Source: an uncultured archaeon (lineage in GTDB: Archaea > Asgardarchaeota > Lokiarchaeia > Sigyniarchaeales > SOKP01). From it: DNA of 64,000 bases. A program made the position numbers and the translations under genes. Shown piece after piece: positions 9,827-20,667 of this stretch; positions within the stretch are counted from its first letter, which is position 1, and each line of letters begins with the position of its first letter. The stretch covers positions 1-64,000 of the forward strand of contig CAYLZE010000012.1 in NCBI GenBank assembly GCA_964388035.1, written 5' to 3'. The notes beneath the pieces are model-generated. The model saw nothing but the letters and a program-made list of their open reading frames with translations, had not been told where the DNA came from and did no database searches.

Positions 9827-10891
9827 ATGAAATTACAAAAAGCAGAAATAATTTATATAGTTTCTTTAGCTATTCTCACGGTATTCATGATTTGGAACAT
9901 ATTCTTCAGTTTTATTGCTTTTGACATAACCTTTTTAATATTTTACATGGTCGCGAAATTTTTATCCGGTTTTGGATTAGTTCTTAACATATCTTCAGGC
10001 TTTTTAATGTTATTTGATAAGTTTGGTGATAAATTTAAGAGAAGAGGCGTAATAACTCTGGTCGTCATTCAAATCATCATTCCCTTTATCCTTGTGATTT
10101 ATGCAATATATCTCATTTTTTCTAATTATGCTCAGGGAGGAATTATTACTCGAAGTGGATTATTGTTCTGGTCGGATACCATCCTTTTCATTTATGGTAT
10201 TGGCTCCTTATTACTGAATTTATATATACGACCGATCATTAATGAGCAATTCCATGAGGCAGTGGAATTAGGTAAAATTCATTGGTGGAAAAAAGGTGCA
10301 AAAATATTAGCCCGAAGAATCAAGAAGAAGTATTTTAATTTGAGAAAAGAGCATGCTAAAGCTCATATTCAAGATCAAATGACCGTGACAGAAATCTTAG
10401 GATTATGGCAAAGAAAATTTGCAATAAACTTATTATTAGTAATTGCAGTTGGAGCCTTATTTTTTACCCCATTGGTTTTTATCTGTGCTGCTTACTGGTT
10501 AAAATTGTACGTTTTTTATAAAAATAAAATTAGGACTTATGAAAAAATAGCTTTACTTATAGCGGTTATTTGGATAGGTGCAATGGCAATTGTATCTCCC
10601 TTCTTGAATTTAGGATTATATTCAGCTATTTCGAATTATTATTGGACCGTGAATATCCTCTATTTAGCAGGAATTGTTGTTTCTTCAGCAATCTTTATCA
10701 ATAAACTCTTAGAATTACAAGGAGTAACCATGCACGCAATGAAGCTTAGAATTAAAGAAAGAAAGATTAGAAAACTAACCGAAGAGAAGAAAGAATTAGA
10801 AAATAAACTAGACGAAAAAATAGAAAGAGAAGAAAAAGAAGAAACAGAAGAAAAAGCAACAAGAGAAGATAAAGAAAAAAATTTAAAATAA
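9827..10891 (+). CDS. Multi-pass membrane protein with charged C-terminal coiled coil
   Basis: About 7 hydrophobic segments; E/K-rich tail. Confidence 0.75.
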   Translation: MKLQKAEIIYIVSLAILTVFMIWNIFFSFIAFDITFLIFYMVAKFLSGFGLVLNISSGFLMLFDKFGDKFKRRGVITLVVIQIIIPFILVIYAIYLIFSNYAQGGIITRSGLLFWSDTILFIYGIGSLLLNLYIRPIINEQFHEAVELGKIHWWKKGAKILARRIKKKYFNLRKEHAKAHIQDQMTVTEILGLWQRKFAINLLLVIAVGALFFTPLVFICAAYWLKLYVFYKNKIRTYEKIALLIAVIWIGAMAIVSPFLNLGLYSAISNYYWTVNILYLAGIVVSSAIFINKLLELQGVTMHAMKLRIKERKIRKLTEEKKELENKLDEKIEREEKEETEEKATREDKEKNLK

Positions 10892-11035
10892 ATTTTTTAA
10901 ATATCTTATGATTTTGAAGCTTTTTTAAGTCTAAGTAATTAAATTACTAATTTTTTTCAAAAAAGTTAAATTTTAATTGGCAATAATATATTTTAATGAC
11001 TTAAAACGATTAGTTACTCATAAGAACGGTTAATA

Positions 11036-12523
11036 ATGCATTTTCAACCGAAAAAGGCCTTAACTTTAGATGAAATCAAGCATGGATTAAAAAATGTTAC
11101 TATTGATGGGTATACTTCCCAAATAATGGTGGTCTTTACTTCTGGAACTTTTTTAATTGCTTATGCATTGCTCCTTGGAGCAAGTAATTTTATAATTGGA
11201 TTATTGGCATCTTTACCTCAATTGGTCCAATTAATCAGAATTCCTATCATTAAAGTGGTAAATAATGTTAGAAATAGACGAAAAATAACTTTATTCTCAT
11301 TATCTTTTTATAGAATATCTCTACTCTTAATATCATTAATTCCTTTTATTTTTTCTTTTCAAATGGGATTACTTTTTCTTATTTTTTTCACCTCCCTTCA
11401 GTCATTTTCAAGTGCCATTGCACAAACTGCGTGGTCTTCTTGGATGCACGATTTAATTCCTCAGAATAGCTTAGGAGTTTTTTATTCCCATAGAATGATG
11501 TTATCCACCTTTACGGCAATGATTTGTAGTCTCGCGGGGGCATTTTTTATTGAAATTTGGAATAATGCTTATTCCGAATTTTCCATTTTTGCTTATTCGA
11601 TATTGTTTTTTGTAGGTTTTTGTTTTGGTCTTGTTAGCATTTATATCATCTCCAAAATTCCAGAACCAGAAATGCTCTTTTTTAATAAAACAAATAACTT
11701 CAGAAAAATGCTTTCTGAACCATTTAAAGAGAAAAACTATCGAAATTTAATTATTTTTTTAATCATCTGGAATTTTGCGGTTTATCTTTCAAGTCCTTTT
11801 TATATAGTCTACATGTTTGAAAGACTACAATTCGATATCTCATTAGTAATCATGTTTATCATTTTAAGCCAATCGTTAAATCTGCTTTTTTATAATCTCT
11901 GGGGGCGCATTAGTGATAAATATAGCAATAAATCTGTGTTGGTGATATGTTGTCCTCTATATTTAATTAGCGTTGTTCTATGGCCTTTTACCACCTTGCC
12001 CGAGGTATACTTTTTAACTATTCCCCTAATTATATTAATTTATGCTTTTATGGGAATTTCAATGGCGGGAATTCTCTTATCTTTAGGAAATATTAATTTA
12101 AAACTTACCCCAAAAGGACATGGAAATATATTTCTAAATATTGCTATTATCTTAACCTCCTTATCGTTGGGAATCGCCCCAATTCTCGGGGGATTACTCT
12201 CAGATTTCTTTAAGGAGTCAGAATTCTCATGGACCTTTCAATTGACCTCGTCAAATGGGTTTTTCTCCTTACAAACTTTAAATCTACGTGGTTTAGACTT
12301 TTGTTTTATTCTCACTTTTTTTCTAGGATTGCTTGCTCTCTATAGGTTAGCGTTAGTGAGAGAAGAAGGAGAAGTAAGGAAAAAATTAGTCATCCAAGAG
12401 GTACTTTTCGAAATAAGGAAAACCATGAGAACTTTTAAAATGTCAAGGGGTTATTTGGATCTTATTTCATCTTATATTTTTATAAAAAGGCGGGTGAACA
12501 ATTTAAGGAAAGTAAAAAAGTAA
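11036..12523 (+). CDS. MFS transporter
   Basis: About 12 TM segments; WGRISDKYSNK MFS loop motif. Confidence 0.88.
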   Translation: MHFQPKKALTLDEIKHGLKNVTIDGYTSQIMVVFTSGTFLIAYALLLGASNFIIGLLASLPQLVQLIRIPIIKVVNNVRNRRKITLFSLSFYRISLLLISLIPFIFSFQMGLLFLIFFTSLQSFSSAIAQTAWSSWMHDLIPQNSLGVFYSHRMMLSTFTAMICSLAGAFFIEIWNNAYSEFSIFAYSILFFVGFCFGLVSIYIISKIPEPEMLFFNKTNNFRKMLSEPFKEKNYRNLIIFLIIWNFAVYLSSPFYIVYMFERLQFDISLVIMFIILSQSLNLLFYNLWGRISDKYSNKSVLVICCPLYLISVVLWPFTTLPEVYFLTIPLIILIYAFMGISMAGILLSLGNINLKLTPKGHGNIFLNIAIILTSLSLGIAPILGGLLSDFFKESEFSWTFQLTSSNGFFSLQTLNLRGLDFCFILTFFLGLLALYRLALVREEGEVRKKLVIQEVLFEIRKTMRTFKMSRGYLDLISSYIFIKRRVNNLRKVKK

Positions 12524-12680
12524 ATTATTGATATCCACATTCTTGAGCTTTATTTGGGAGAATGCGTGTCTTTATTATAATTTATAATCACAAGAATTTT
12601 TATCGTTTTAATCATTTAGACTCGTAGAAATATACAATTTGATGAAATAAAAGAATATTTTTGAAAAAAAGTGAAATAAT

Positions 12681-13046
12681 ATGAATGAAAAAGAGAATTT
12701 GAGAGAAGAGATTCCCAGCTATGCCTGGGTTTCTCTTGCCAGACGTGGCATGGAAAAAATAAGCTTAGACCAATGTTTTTTGAAAGGATGTGATAATAAT
12801 GATATTAAATTATTAGACCCCGTAGAAAAGGAAGAACATGAAGATGAAAATAAGCATGTCAAGATAATCACGATTAAATGTAAGAAATGTAATGGTACTT
12901 TCAAACTTAAATTCGAGACTGTCAAAAGAGTAGCAAGATCGAATAAAAGTGGAAAAGGAGACGAGGATGGAGAAACGCTCTCTATGGGTGTGGTCTATGC
13001 TTTAGATGAAAATGGGAAAAATTTAGGGCATATAGGTTATTTTTAA
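12681..13046 (+). CDS. Hypothetical protein with putative zinc-binding cysteines
   Basis: CFLKGC and CKKC. Confidence 0.7.
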   Translation: MNEKENLREEIPSYAWVSLARRGMEKISLDQCFLKGCDNNDIKLLDPVEKEEHEDENKHVKIITIKCKKCNGTFKLKFETVKRVARSNKSGKGDEDGETLSMGVVYALDENGKNLGHIGYF

Positions 13047-13055
13047 AACTCAACA

Positions 13056-13742
13056 ATGAGATATGCGTATTTTATTTTTGATTTGGATGATTGTTTAATT
13101 CACATACCAGATTCAGTTAATTATTTTGATTCTATATTAGTAAAAACACTCGAAAACTTATCAGCAACCATTCCTGATAGAACTGAAAGAAATAGTTTAT
13201 GGTGTGCAGGGGAGGAATATAAGACGATTCTGAAGGAATGGAATGTATCGGATATAGATGGATTTTGGGAAGAATTTGATTTTACCGATTTCAATCAACG
13301 CAAAGTTTTCATTCAAGAAAATAAAATAAATCTTTATTCTGATGTACAAGAAACATTAACTTTACTCATAACTTCTAAGACATCGCCAAGGGTTGCTCTA
13401 ATTTCAAATACAGCTGATTACGTTGTAGATTACATGCTGAAGGAATTTAAATTAGAAGGATTTTTTCAAGAAGTTTTTGCTCTCTCTTCAGAATATACGC
13501 AAGAATATGCCAAGCCTTCTCCATTAGGTGTTCAAATAATTTTAGAAAATCTCGACTATGACCCAAAAAAATCAAGGGCAGTATTAGTCGGAGATTCACA
13601 AGCAGATATAATTGCTGCCAAAAAAGCGAGAATTGAAGCTATCCTTATAAGAAGAAATCCCTCTAAATATCCCGAGGGATCTAAACAGTGGCAATATAAG
13701 CCAGATTTCGTTATTGATACCTTGATCGAAATTCTTCAATAA
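13056..13742 (+). CDS. HAD-superfamily hydrolase (phosphoglycolate phosphatase-like)
   Basis: FDLDDCL, ISN, KPSP and VGDSQADI motifs. Confidence 0.9.
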   Translation: MRYAYFIFDLDDCLIHIPDSVNYFDSILVKTLENLSATIPDRTERNSLWCAGEEYKTILKEWNVSDIDGFWEEFDFTDFNQRKVFIQENKINLYSDVQETLTLLITSKTSPRVALISNTADYVVDYMLKEFKLEGFFQEVFALSSEYTQEYAKPSPLGVQIILENLDYDPKKSRAVLVGDSQADIIAAKKARIEAILIRRNPSKYPEGSKQWQYKPDFVIDTLIEILQ

Positions 13743-13862
13743 AGTTAACAAAAATGTCGATTTCATATATATTTTGACCAAACTCTCTTTAATAGGTGAA
13801 TTAATCATTTTCTTATTTTTAGGGAAATAGATTTAAAATTCTTTTTGAATTAACAATAAACT

Positions 13863-14699
13863 ATGGAATTTAAAAATTTAATATTTGAAGAGAGGGATAG
13901 GGCAACTGCTTACATGACCTTGAATCGACCTGAAAAACTTAATGCTTTAAGCATGGAACTCTCGGATGAGATTATTGATGCGGTGAAATACGTGCAAGAA
14001 TCAAAAAGATTGAAATTTTTAGTTTTTAAAGGTTCGGGAGGTAATTTTTGTGTGGGGGATGATATCTCTGAGATGCCAAAATGGGGGGACGCCAATGGAA
14101 TCATGCGGCGGGCTAGATATTACCAAGCTATGGCAAATGCTATCGAAGAATTGGATAAAATTACTATCGCTGCCGTGGACGGTTACGCAGTTGGGGGGGG
14201 CTTAGAGATTACAATGGCCGTTGACTTCGTAATCGCCACAGAACGTTCAAGCTGGGGAATGCCTGAAGTGGATGTGGGAATCACGCCGGGCTGGGGGGGT
14301 ACTACAAGGCTGGCTCGGCTCATTGGAAGAAGAAGAGCAAAAGAGATAAATTTACTTGGTGCTTTACACTCCGCAAAAAAAGCAGTGGAATGGAATTTAT
14401 GGAATCGAGTGGTACCGACGCATCAATTAGATAATGAAGTTGAAAAACTGTTAGAACTTCTCAAACTTAAGAACCAGCAAGCAATGCGCCAGTTAAAGTT
14501 TATAATAAATAAAGGAGTGGAATGCGATTTATATTCGGCTCAAGGTTTTGAGGCATTATCTGCGGGGTTAACAGGTGCGGTGAATGGCATGTGGAAAGTG
14601 AAGGATGCAGATAAAGGCAAGGGCGTTCTTGCATTCGGTAGAAAAGATCAATTGTGGCAAGATAGGAGATCAGCAGCTAAAGATTTTTGGGTAGATTAA
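13863..14699 (+). CDS. Enoyl-CoA hydratase/isomerase family protein
   Basis: LNRPEKLNAL, FCVGDDI, GGGLE and PEVDVGITPGWGGT. Confidence 0.93.
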   Translation: MEFKNLIFEERDRATAYMTLNRPEKLNALSMELSDEIIDAVKYVQESKRLKFLVFKGSGGNFCVGDDISEMPKWGDANGIMRRARYYQAMANAIEELDKITIAAVDGYAVGGGLEITMAVDFVIATERSSWGMPEVDVGITPGWGGTTRLARLIGRRRAKEINLLGALHSAKKAVEWNLWNRVVPTHQLDNEVEKLLELLKLKNQQAMRQLKFIINKGVECDLYSAQGFEALSAGLTGAVNGMWKVKDADKGKGVLAFGRKDQLWQDRRSAAKDFWVD

Positions 14700-14825
14700 A
14701 AAAAAATATTAGAGTCTTATGATTTAAAAATTAACATGTTATAAATTTAATATTGCTTGGCAAAAAGAATTAAATAAAAACACTACTTTTAATTTTATAT
14801 TAAAAGAAATCAATGGAATCTACAA

Positions 14826-16553
14826 ATGACGACAGAAATAGCAGAAGATAATAAATTGCGGAAAAAGGTTTGGAAAATTATTAATTTAGTTCAAGCAAAT
14901 CAACTTTTTATTCATTCAAAAAATTTAGAAATAAAATATCTTGAGGAAGAAAATAAAAAAGTGGGTACTAAAACTTTGCCAGAGATTGTGTCTCTATGCG
15001 TTTTAAATGCGTTAGTACCTAATTCTGCCATGCTATTAATAGGAGGACATGGCGGGGGGAAAACCACTATTACTAAATATCTGGGCCGAATGTTTACTGC
15101 TAGTTCATTAAATGAAATTGAAAATTGCATAATTAGAGGACATCCTCAACTCACTGAAGAAAAATTGGTAGGCACGTTAAAATTAGGTAAATTAATGCAC
15201 GAGGGCGTAGAAGAGGTAATTTGGCGGCAATTTGTCTTGAGTTTCTGGAAAATAATTGATGAAGTAAACCGCCTAACCCCTTACGCGCAAGATATCTTAT
15301 TATCCTTATTAGCGGAAGGTACTGTCAAATTTTACGATTCCGTGATGAACATTACTAAATATTGTTTGTTTGCAACCATTAATCCTCAAGATGTGGGAAC
15401 TTTTGAACTTTCGAAACCTTTTCTTGATAGATTTGGGATTTCTGTTCCGATATCAATGCCTGCCAGTCATGATTTGCAACAGATATTGACGGGTAAAGAT
15501 GAAAAATATAGTGGCGTGGATGAGCTCATCCAAGTTCCCGAAGTATTGAATATTGATGAACTGATGGAAATTTGGTATGAAGTGAATAAAATTCCACATG
15601 ACCAAGAAGTAAATAATTACATCCATGCCATAATAAGAGAATACAATTTATGTGCCAGAATTGATAAAGGTAATTCAGAAGAGCTAAAGCCCAGCACGGG
15701 ATTATGTTCGGGCTGTCATTTTAATACCGATCAAAACATCTGTAATAAAATCGATTCTATTTTAAGCGTGAGAGTTGCCAAGGATATTTTGCGATACGCT
15801 AAAGCATTAGTATGGCTATTAGGACTAGAAAAAATAGATATAAACATAATTAACACGATAGCTCCTTATGTCGTCTCCCATAGAGTGGATTATTTGAGGA
15901 GAGATTTGGAAAAAGCTCCTTACTGGGGAAATAAATTTCAATTCTCCCAATACTTACTTACTTTAATTCAAAAACGGTTCAAATACAGGGAAATCTGTTA
16001 TGAAATAGCAGAAAAATACCGTGAAGGCAATGGGCAAGCAGAAGATCTCAAGGAATTGAAAAATTATGCAAATAATGATTTAATTGTTAAGTTTGATTTA
16101 ATCCCATTTGTCAATACTTTAAATAACAAGAACTATTCTAATCTCGCAAAAAAAATCAAGGATGCCGCCAAGATAGGTAATATAGAAGAGCTCGCAACCA
16201 TGAGAAATGAATTGATAGAAAATCTAGATTTTCCCAATCGTGCAGATTTGATTAATTGGTGTAATCAAGAATTATATAAGCAAACTGTTACCGATTATAT
16301 TTTTAATTATATCTATTGGAAAGAATTTTGGGCTGATGTTGCCTCAGAAATTCCCGAGTTAGATCAGCCACTAAAAAGTGCTTTTGATAAACGCCAGACC
16401 AAGCAGATTCGAACTGAAGATCTCCTTTTAGAAATCAATGTCACGGGCACCAATGAAGATTCGTTAGTGAATATTCAAGTGTCTGGTGGTTCTAAGGCAT
16501 TAAAGTTAAAGGGTATTCTTAATCATGCGGAATATATTCAAAAGGAAAAATGA
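14826..16553 (+). CDS. MoxR-like AAA+ ATPase
   Basis: Walker A GGHGGGKT, Walker B IIDEVNR, ATINP and PFLDRF. Confidence 0.88.
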   Translation: MTTEIAEDNKLRKKVWKIINLVQANQLFIHSKNLEIKYLEEENKKVGTKTLPEIVSLCVLNALVPNSAMLLIGGHGGGKTTITKYLGRMFTASSLNEIENCIIRGHPQLTEEKLVGTLKLGKLMHEGVEEVIWRQFVLSFWKIIDEVNRLTPYAQDILLSLLAEGTVKFYDSVMNITKYCLFATINPQDVGTFELSKPFLDRFGISVPISMPASHDLQQILTGKDEKYSGVDELIQVPEVLNIDELMEIWYEVNKIPHDQEVNNYIHAIIREYNLCARIDKGNSEELKPSTGLCSGCHFNTDQNICNKIDSILSVRVAKDILRYAKALVWLLGLEKIDINIINTIAPYVVSHRVDYLRRDLEKAPYWGNKFQFSQYLLTLIQKRFKYREICYEIAEKYREGNGQAEDLKELKNYANNDLIVKFDLIPFVNTLNNKNYSNLAKKIKDAAKIGNIEELATMRNELIENLDFPNRADLINWCNQELYKQTVTDYIFNYIYWKEFWADVASEIPELDQPLKSAFDKRQTKQIRTEDLLLEINVTGTNEDSLVNIQVSGGSKALKLKGILNHAEYIQKEK

Positions 16554-16594
16554 GTAGATAAAATTGGTGAACAATCACTATTAAAGTCGATGTA

Positions 16595-18277
16595 TTGAAA
16601 ATTAAGGAAAAAAAGGTTCTAGAATTGGCGAAAACTGCCTGGGGCTTAGCATTAAAGGAGTTTTATTATCCTCCCTTAAATGAACCGCGATATGTCTTTG
16701 ATTACACCCGAAAAGAGGGATTTTTTATTGATCCCGATAATCAATGGCAAATTACCATGAATCTAGCAAACATCCCCCTTTTGAAAGATGATTCGGAACT
16801 GATACAATATTTTTATGCTATCCTCCTTCATGAAATTTCCCATTATCAAGTAATTCCCTATGATGGATTAATTAATGCGAAATTATTACATGCTGCCATG
16901 AGCCATGCCAATTCAAATTTCGCTCCATTAATTGTCAATGTTTTCGCTGATTTAGTGATTGATACGACGTTGTATAGGAATAATCCCGATCTAATGCTCT
17001 GGGAATTTAACAAGACTCGTGAAAATTTGATCCAACATTATGGAAATCGCTTGTGCAATTTCTCTAATTTCTTATTTAGTACGTATGAAAAATTATGGAA
17101 TGTCGAGCTTGACTCTACCCACTATGCTCCCGAAATAGAATCTTTAGCTGATAAAGTTAAAGATGTTGTCCTTGATAAATTTGAAGATGAAACTTTATGG
17201 GAAACAAAAGTATCCAAAATATCGTATTATCTATCCAAGTTTTTAAATACGGAATTTACTTTTACGACGGGAGGATATCGTCCAGTTAAAGGAAAATCAA
17301 GGAGAAAAGTTCCTGGAAAAAATATTGAAATGGAAATCCCCGATGATGTGTTGGAATTGATGGATGACCCCCTAGAAACTAAAAATTCAGATAGATTAAA
17401 GCAAGATAATGATGATGAATTGAGACAAAAAGCAGAAGATTTTGCTAAGGATGTCCCTTTCTCTGAATTTGGAGCTCCCGCGGGACAAGCAGGAATTCTA
17501 ATTGATGGTACTCCTTTAGCAACATGGTATCGCGGGAAGGCAAAAAATTTACTAGAAATTCGGATTTTTGAGAAAAAACCTTCAGGGGAGCTTCCCATCT
17601 TTCCAGAAAAATGGAGAATCGGCGATCCCTTGGAAGAACTAGATGTTGTCCTCACACTACTCAACTCACCGGTCATAATTCCCAATATTACTACTCGTAA
17701 ATGGAATTGCGAGAAAGGGCCGGGCCATTTATGCGAACAAGAACTCCCAGACTTATTAATCGTATTAGATTCCTCGGGCTCCATGCAATGGAACTTCAAA
17801 ACTAAAACTGAGAAGGAAGGTGGTCCTTATCATATTGCTCTTATGGCTTCATTTGCAATTTTACATTATGTTGCAACAAAAGGAGTTAAATTCAGCGTAA
17901 TAAATTTTTCAAATTTTGCAGATACTTGTGATTGGACTATGAATTTTCATGCCGCAGAAACAGTATTACTAAGATATCAAGGTGGGGGAACCCAGATCCC
18001 AATTAAAGCCATTCAAAACCAAATAAGAAAAGCGGAAAGAGAAGTCCTTGTATTCATCATCACAGATTTTGGTATCCATAATTGGGCAAATACAAAAAAA
18101 TTAATGCTGCAAATGGTAAACCAAGGGCATAAAATAGTAGGATTTTTCATTGGATCTAAATCAATACCAAAAAATAAGTTTAAGGACTTAATGAATAAGG
18201 TTACCTTTTATCCCATTGAGAATATTAAGGATTTGATACATCTTGTTATTCAAGAAATTAAATATCAATATTCTTGA
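16595..18277 (+). CDS. HExxH metallopeptidase-like domain fused to a vWA domain (MoxR partner)
   Basis: LLHEISH...NVFADL; MIDAS DSSGS, GGGT and ITD. Confidence 0.85.
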   Translation: MKIKEKKVLELAKTAWGLALKEFYYPPLNEPRYVFDYTRKEGFFIDPDNQWQITMNLANIPLLKDDSELIQYFYAILLHEISHYQVIPYDGLINAKLLHAAMSHANSNFAPLIVNVFADLVIDTTLYRNNPDLMLWEFNKTRENLIQHYGNRLCNFSNFLFSTYEKLWNVELDSTHYAPEIESLADKVKDVVLDKFEDETLWETKVSKISYYLSKFLNTEFTFTTGGYRPVKGKSRRKVPGKNIEMEIPDDVLELMDDPLETKNSDRLKQDNDDELRQKAEDFAKDVPFSEFGAPAGQAGILIDGTPLATWYRGKAKNLLEIRIFEKKPSGELPIFPEKWRIGDPLEELDVVLTLLNSPVIIPNITTRKWNCEKGPGHLCEQELPDLLIVLDSSGSMQWNFKTKTEKEGGPYHIALMASFAILHYVATKGVKFSVINFSNFADTCDWTMNFHAAETVLLRYQGGGTQIPIKAIQNQIRKAEREVLVFIITDFGIHNWANTKKLMLQMVNQGHKIVGFFIGSKSIPKNKFKDLMNKVTFYPIENIKDLIHLVIQEIKYQYS

Positions 18278-18368
18278 TATGAACCAGTTTGATGATATTG
18301 TAAAAGATAAATAATTATATTTCCTTAATTATAGTTAAATAAATTCATAATTTAAATGAGGAAAGAAA

Positions 18369-19136
18369 ATGAGCAAATGGACGGAATTGGATACAAAACT
18401 TAATAGCTATTTAAGATTGGCAACCTTTCCCGTAGCAATTAAATTATTACAATCAAAAGAGGAGATTTCTGAAATCGATCATTTGAAAACTCCTGATCGG
18501 CCTCTTGCTTTATGTCAAATATTTAGTTATTCAAGATATTATGGTTGGACCATGAGTTGCTCAAAAGAAGAAAATATTTGTCCCTTGGCGAGTATTACGC
18601 TTGGATTTGAAGAACCCTATGCGCTTTTCCAAGAAGGTGCTTTTTTCGTGGGAAGATATAATAGAACGAAAGAGGCCGCAAAAAAGACTACGGCATCCAT
18701 GCCTCTGCTTCCCATGAATGAGTTTAAAGCTGTTGTATCTGGTGCTCTTTATCGCGTGAACTTTATTCCCGATTTGATAATGCTGTGGGGAAACTCTGCT
18801 CAAATAATGCGTATCATCCAGGCCGACTTATGGGAACGAGGGGGAAGGTTTAAATTGAGTACTTTTTGCGATGGTGTATGTGCGGACACGATATCTCAAG
18901 CAATCTTAAAAAAAGAACTTCAAGTTGCATTCCCATGTCTTGGCGATCGTCGATTCGGTTTAGCAAAAGATAGTGATCTTATTGCTTCAATTCCTTTCGA
19001 GAAATTAGATTCCATTCTCGAGGGTTTAGAAAAAACGCATGCCGCAGGTACTAGATATCCCATTCCTTATCAATTATGTACCCCAGAATACTTTTTAACG
19101 TTAGAAAAACAATTAAAAAAAGTTCGAAAATCATAA
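18369..19136 (+). CDS. DUF169 family protein
   Basis: PVAIKL, LCQ, CPLASITLG, GVCAD and PCLGDRRF. Confidence 0.85.
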   Translation: MSKWTELDTKLNSYLRLATFPVAIKLLQSKEEISEIDHLKTPDRPLALCQIFSYSRYYGWTMSCSKEENICPLASITLGFEEPYALFQEGAFFVGRYNRTKEAAKKTTASMPLLPMNEFKAVVSGALYRVNFIPDLIMLWGNSAQIMRIIQADLWERGGRFKLSTFCDGVCADTISQAILKKELQVAFPCLGDRRFGLAKDSDLIASIPFEKLDSILEGLEKTHAAGTRYPIPYQLCTPEYFLTLEKQLKKVRKS

Positions 19137-19192
19137 TAATAAAAAAGCAAAAAAAAACTTACAAAATACTTACTTAAAATTGGTTATTAAAT

Positions 19193-19918
19193 TTAAAGCA
19201 TTTTTACTGTACCGCTCCCCTCATCAATTTGGACGATTCCCTTCACGCCTAACTGCTTAATTGTACGTGTTGCAAGGATGGGGGGAATATCCAACAGCTT
19301 TTTCAGATCATCGAGTTTTGCCGTCTTTTTATCCATTATAGTGGCTAAGATATCAACTTCATGAATTTCTTCATCGCTATGATCGATTAAAAAGGAACTA
19401 AAAAAATTCGCTCCTTTTAGTTTTGTCAATTGGGTATTTAATTCTTCCATTTTTTTAGCATAAGATGAATTTATAGTCTGTTCCTTGTTTTCATTTTCAA
19501 TCTTCTTTTGATCCAAGGTAGTTTTCTCACTTTCTTTGGTTGTAATGCTTTCATTGATCGCACTTAATTTTGAAATCAGATTTTCTAGTTCTAATTGAGG
19601 ATTTTTTAAATCATTATTCGCTGTTTCTAAATTCGTGTTTAACTCATTTATTTTCGAATTGAGTGTATTTTGCTTTTCATTTAAACCTTCGATTGTTTTA
19701 TCAAGCTCTTCACTTTTTGTTCTTAACTCAGTTAACTCAGATGCCTGTTCCGACAAATTCTTTTGCAGATCATCGTCTTCTTTGGTAGCTTCTTGCATTT
19801 TTTTCCAAGTTAGACTAATGTTTTGGTAGATATCATCATTGTTTTTCTGCAATTTTTGAAGGTACGTATCAAATGCTGTTTCAAATTGCTCGATGTGATT
19901 TAATATTTCCTTTACCAT
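19193..19918 (-). CDS. Long coiled-coil protein with C-terminal winged-helix domain
   Basis: About 170 aa of heptads, then VDILATIMDKKTAKLDDLKKLLDIPPILATRTIKQLGVKGIVQIDEGSGTVKM. Confidence 0.8.
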   Translation of the reverse strand: MVKEILNHIEQFETAFDTYLQKLQKNNDDIYQNISLTWKKMQEATKEDDDLQKNLSEQASELTELRTKSEELDKTIEGLNEKQNTLNSKINELNTNLETANNDLKNPQLELENLISKLSAINESITTKESEKTTLDQKKIENENKEQTINSSYAKKMEELNTQLTKLKGANFFSSFLIDHSDEEIHEVDILATIMDKKTAKLDDLKKLLDIPPILATRTIKQLGVKGIVQIDEGSGTVKML

Positions 19919-20667
19919 TAGAAATCCACCTCCTCTTTTAATGTAACCGTTCCTGCTTTTTGATCATATTCAATCGGACCATTTGCTTTAACCATTTGAT
20001 TAAGAATATCCTTAATCCGGTCTTCCCGAATACCCGCCCCCTGAGAGATATTTTTTATTTCTAAAGCGGTATTTAATTGTAATGCTTCAATTAAATTTAA
20101 TTGGTCCGAACGAATATAGTCCTTTTTAATGAGAGATTTCATGGCTTCAACCCTATTTTTAAAGGAATTTAAATATGCTTGCTTTTTATCATATTCCTCT
20201 TTTAATCCCTCTTCAATGGTATTAAGTTTTTCTTCAATTTCCGTTTGAAGTTGCTTCAACTCCGTTACTCTTGATTCTAATTCTTCTAATCTCTGGGTTC
20301 GTGCTTTCAATTCTTCTTTTTTTTGATTGACTTGAGCTTGAGTATCCGTAATTTCTTTTTGTTTTTCTTGTATTCTCTCCAATAAATTATCCCTATTTTT
20401 AGTTAATTCTTTATTTTTCTCCTCAAGTTTAGTAATGTCCCGATTGTTTTGGGAAATTTTAGTTTTTAATTGGTTAATTTCTTCGGTATTCGATTCTATT
20501 TTTTTTAAGTTTTCTAATCGAGTATTTTCTAACTCTCCCACCATTTCAAGCAAATTTTGGGAATATTCCTTTACCTTAGGCATCGAATCCGTGTTTAAAT
20601 TATCAATTTCTTCAATCACGGATGCAATTTTTTTTAATGCGGTCTTTGCATCGGTAATAAATGACAT
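19918..20667 (-). CDS. Long coiled-coil protein with C-terminal winged-helix domain (paralogue of the downstream gene)
   Basis: About 180 aa of heptads, then LNLIEALQLNTALEIKNISQGAGIREDRIKDILNQMVKANGPIEYDQKAGTVTL; TAATG overlap. Confidence 0.8.
   Translation of the reverse strand: MSFITDAKTALKKIASVIEEIDNLNTDSMPKVKEYSQNLLEMVGELENTRLENLKKIESNTEEINQLKTKISQNNRDITKLEEKNKELTKNRDNLLERIQEKQKEITDTQAQVNQKKEELKARTQRLEELESRVTELKQLQTEIEEKLNTIEEGLKEEYDKKQAYLNSFKNRVEAMKSLIKKDYIRSDQLNLIEALQLNTALEIKNISQGAGIREDRIKDILNQMVKANGPIEYDQKAGTVTLKEEVDF

Noticed and set aside
17227-17799. 190-aa antisense ORF and the other short ORFs overlapping longer genes in the track
   Set aside because: Shadows of well-supported genes, with no motifs and atypical composition
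19193-20667. SMC/Rad50 or ESCRT-III assignment for the coiled-coil pair
   Set aside because: No Walker motifs, hinge or zinc hook, and no clear Snf7 helical pattern
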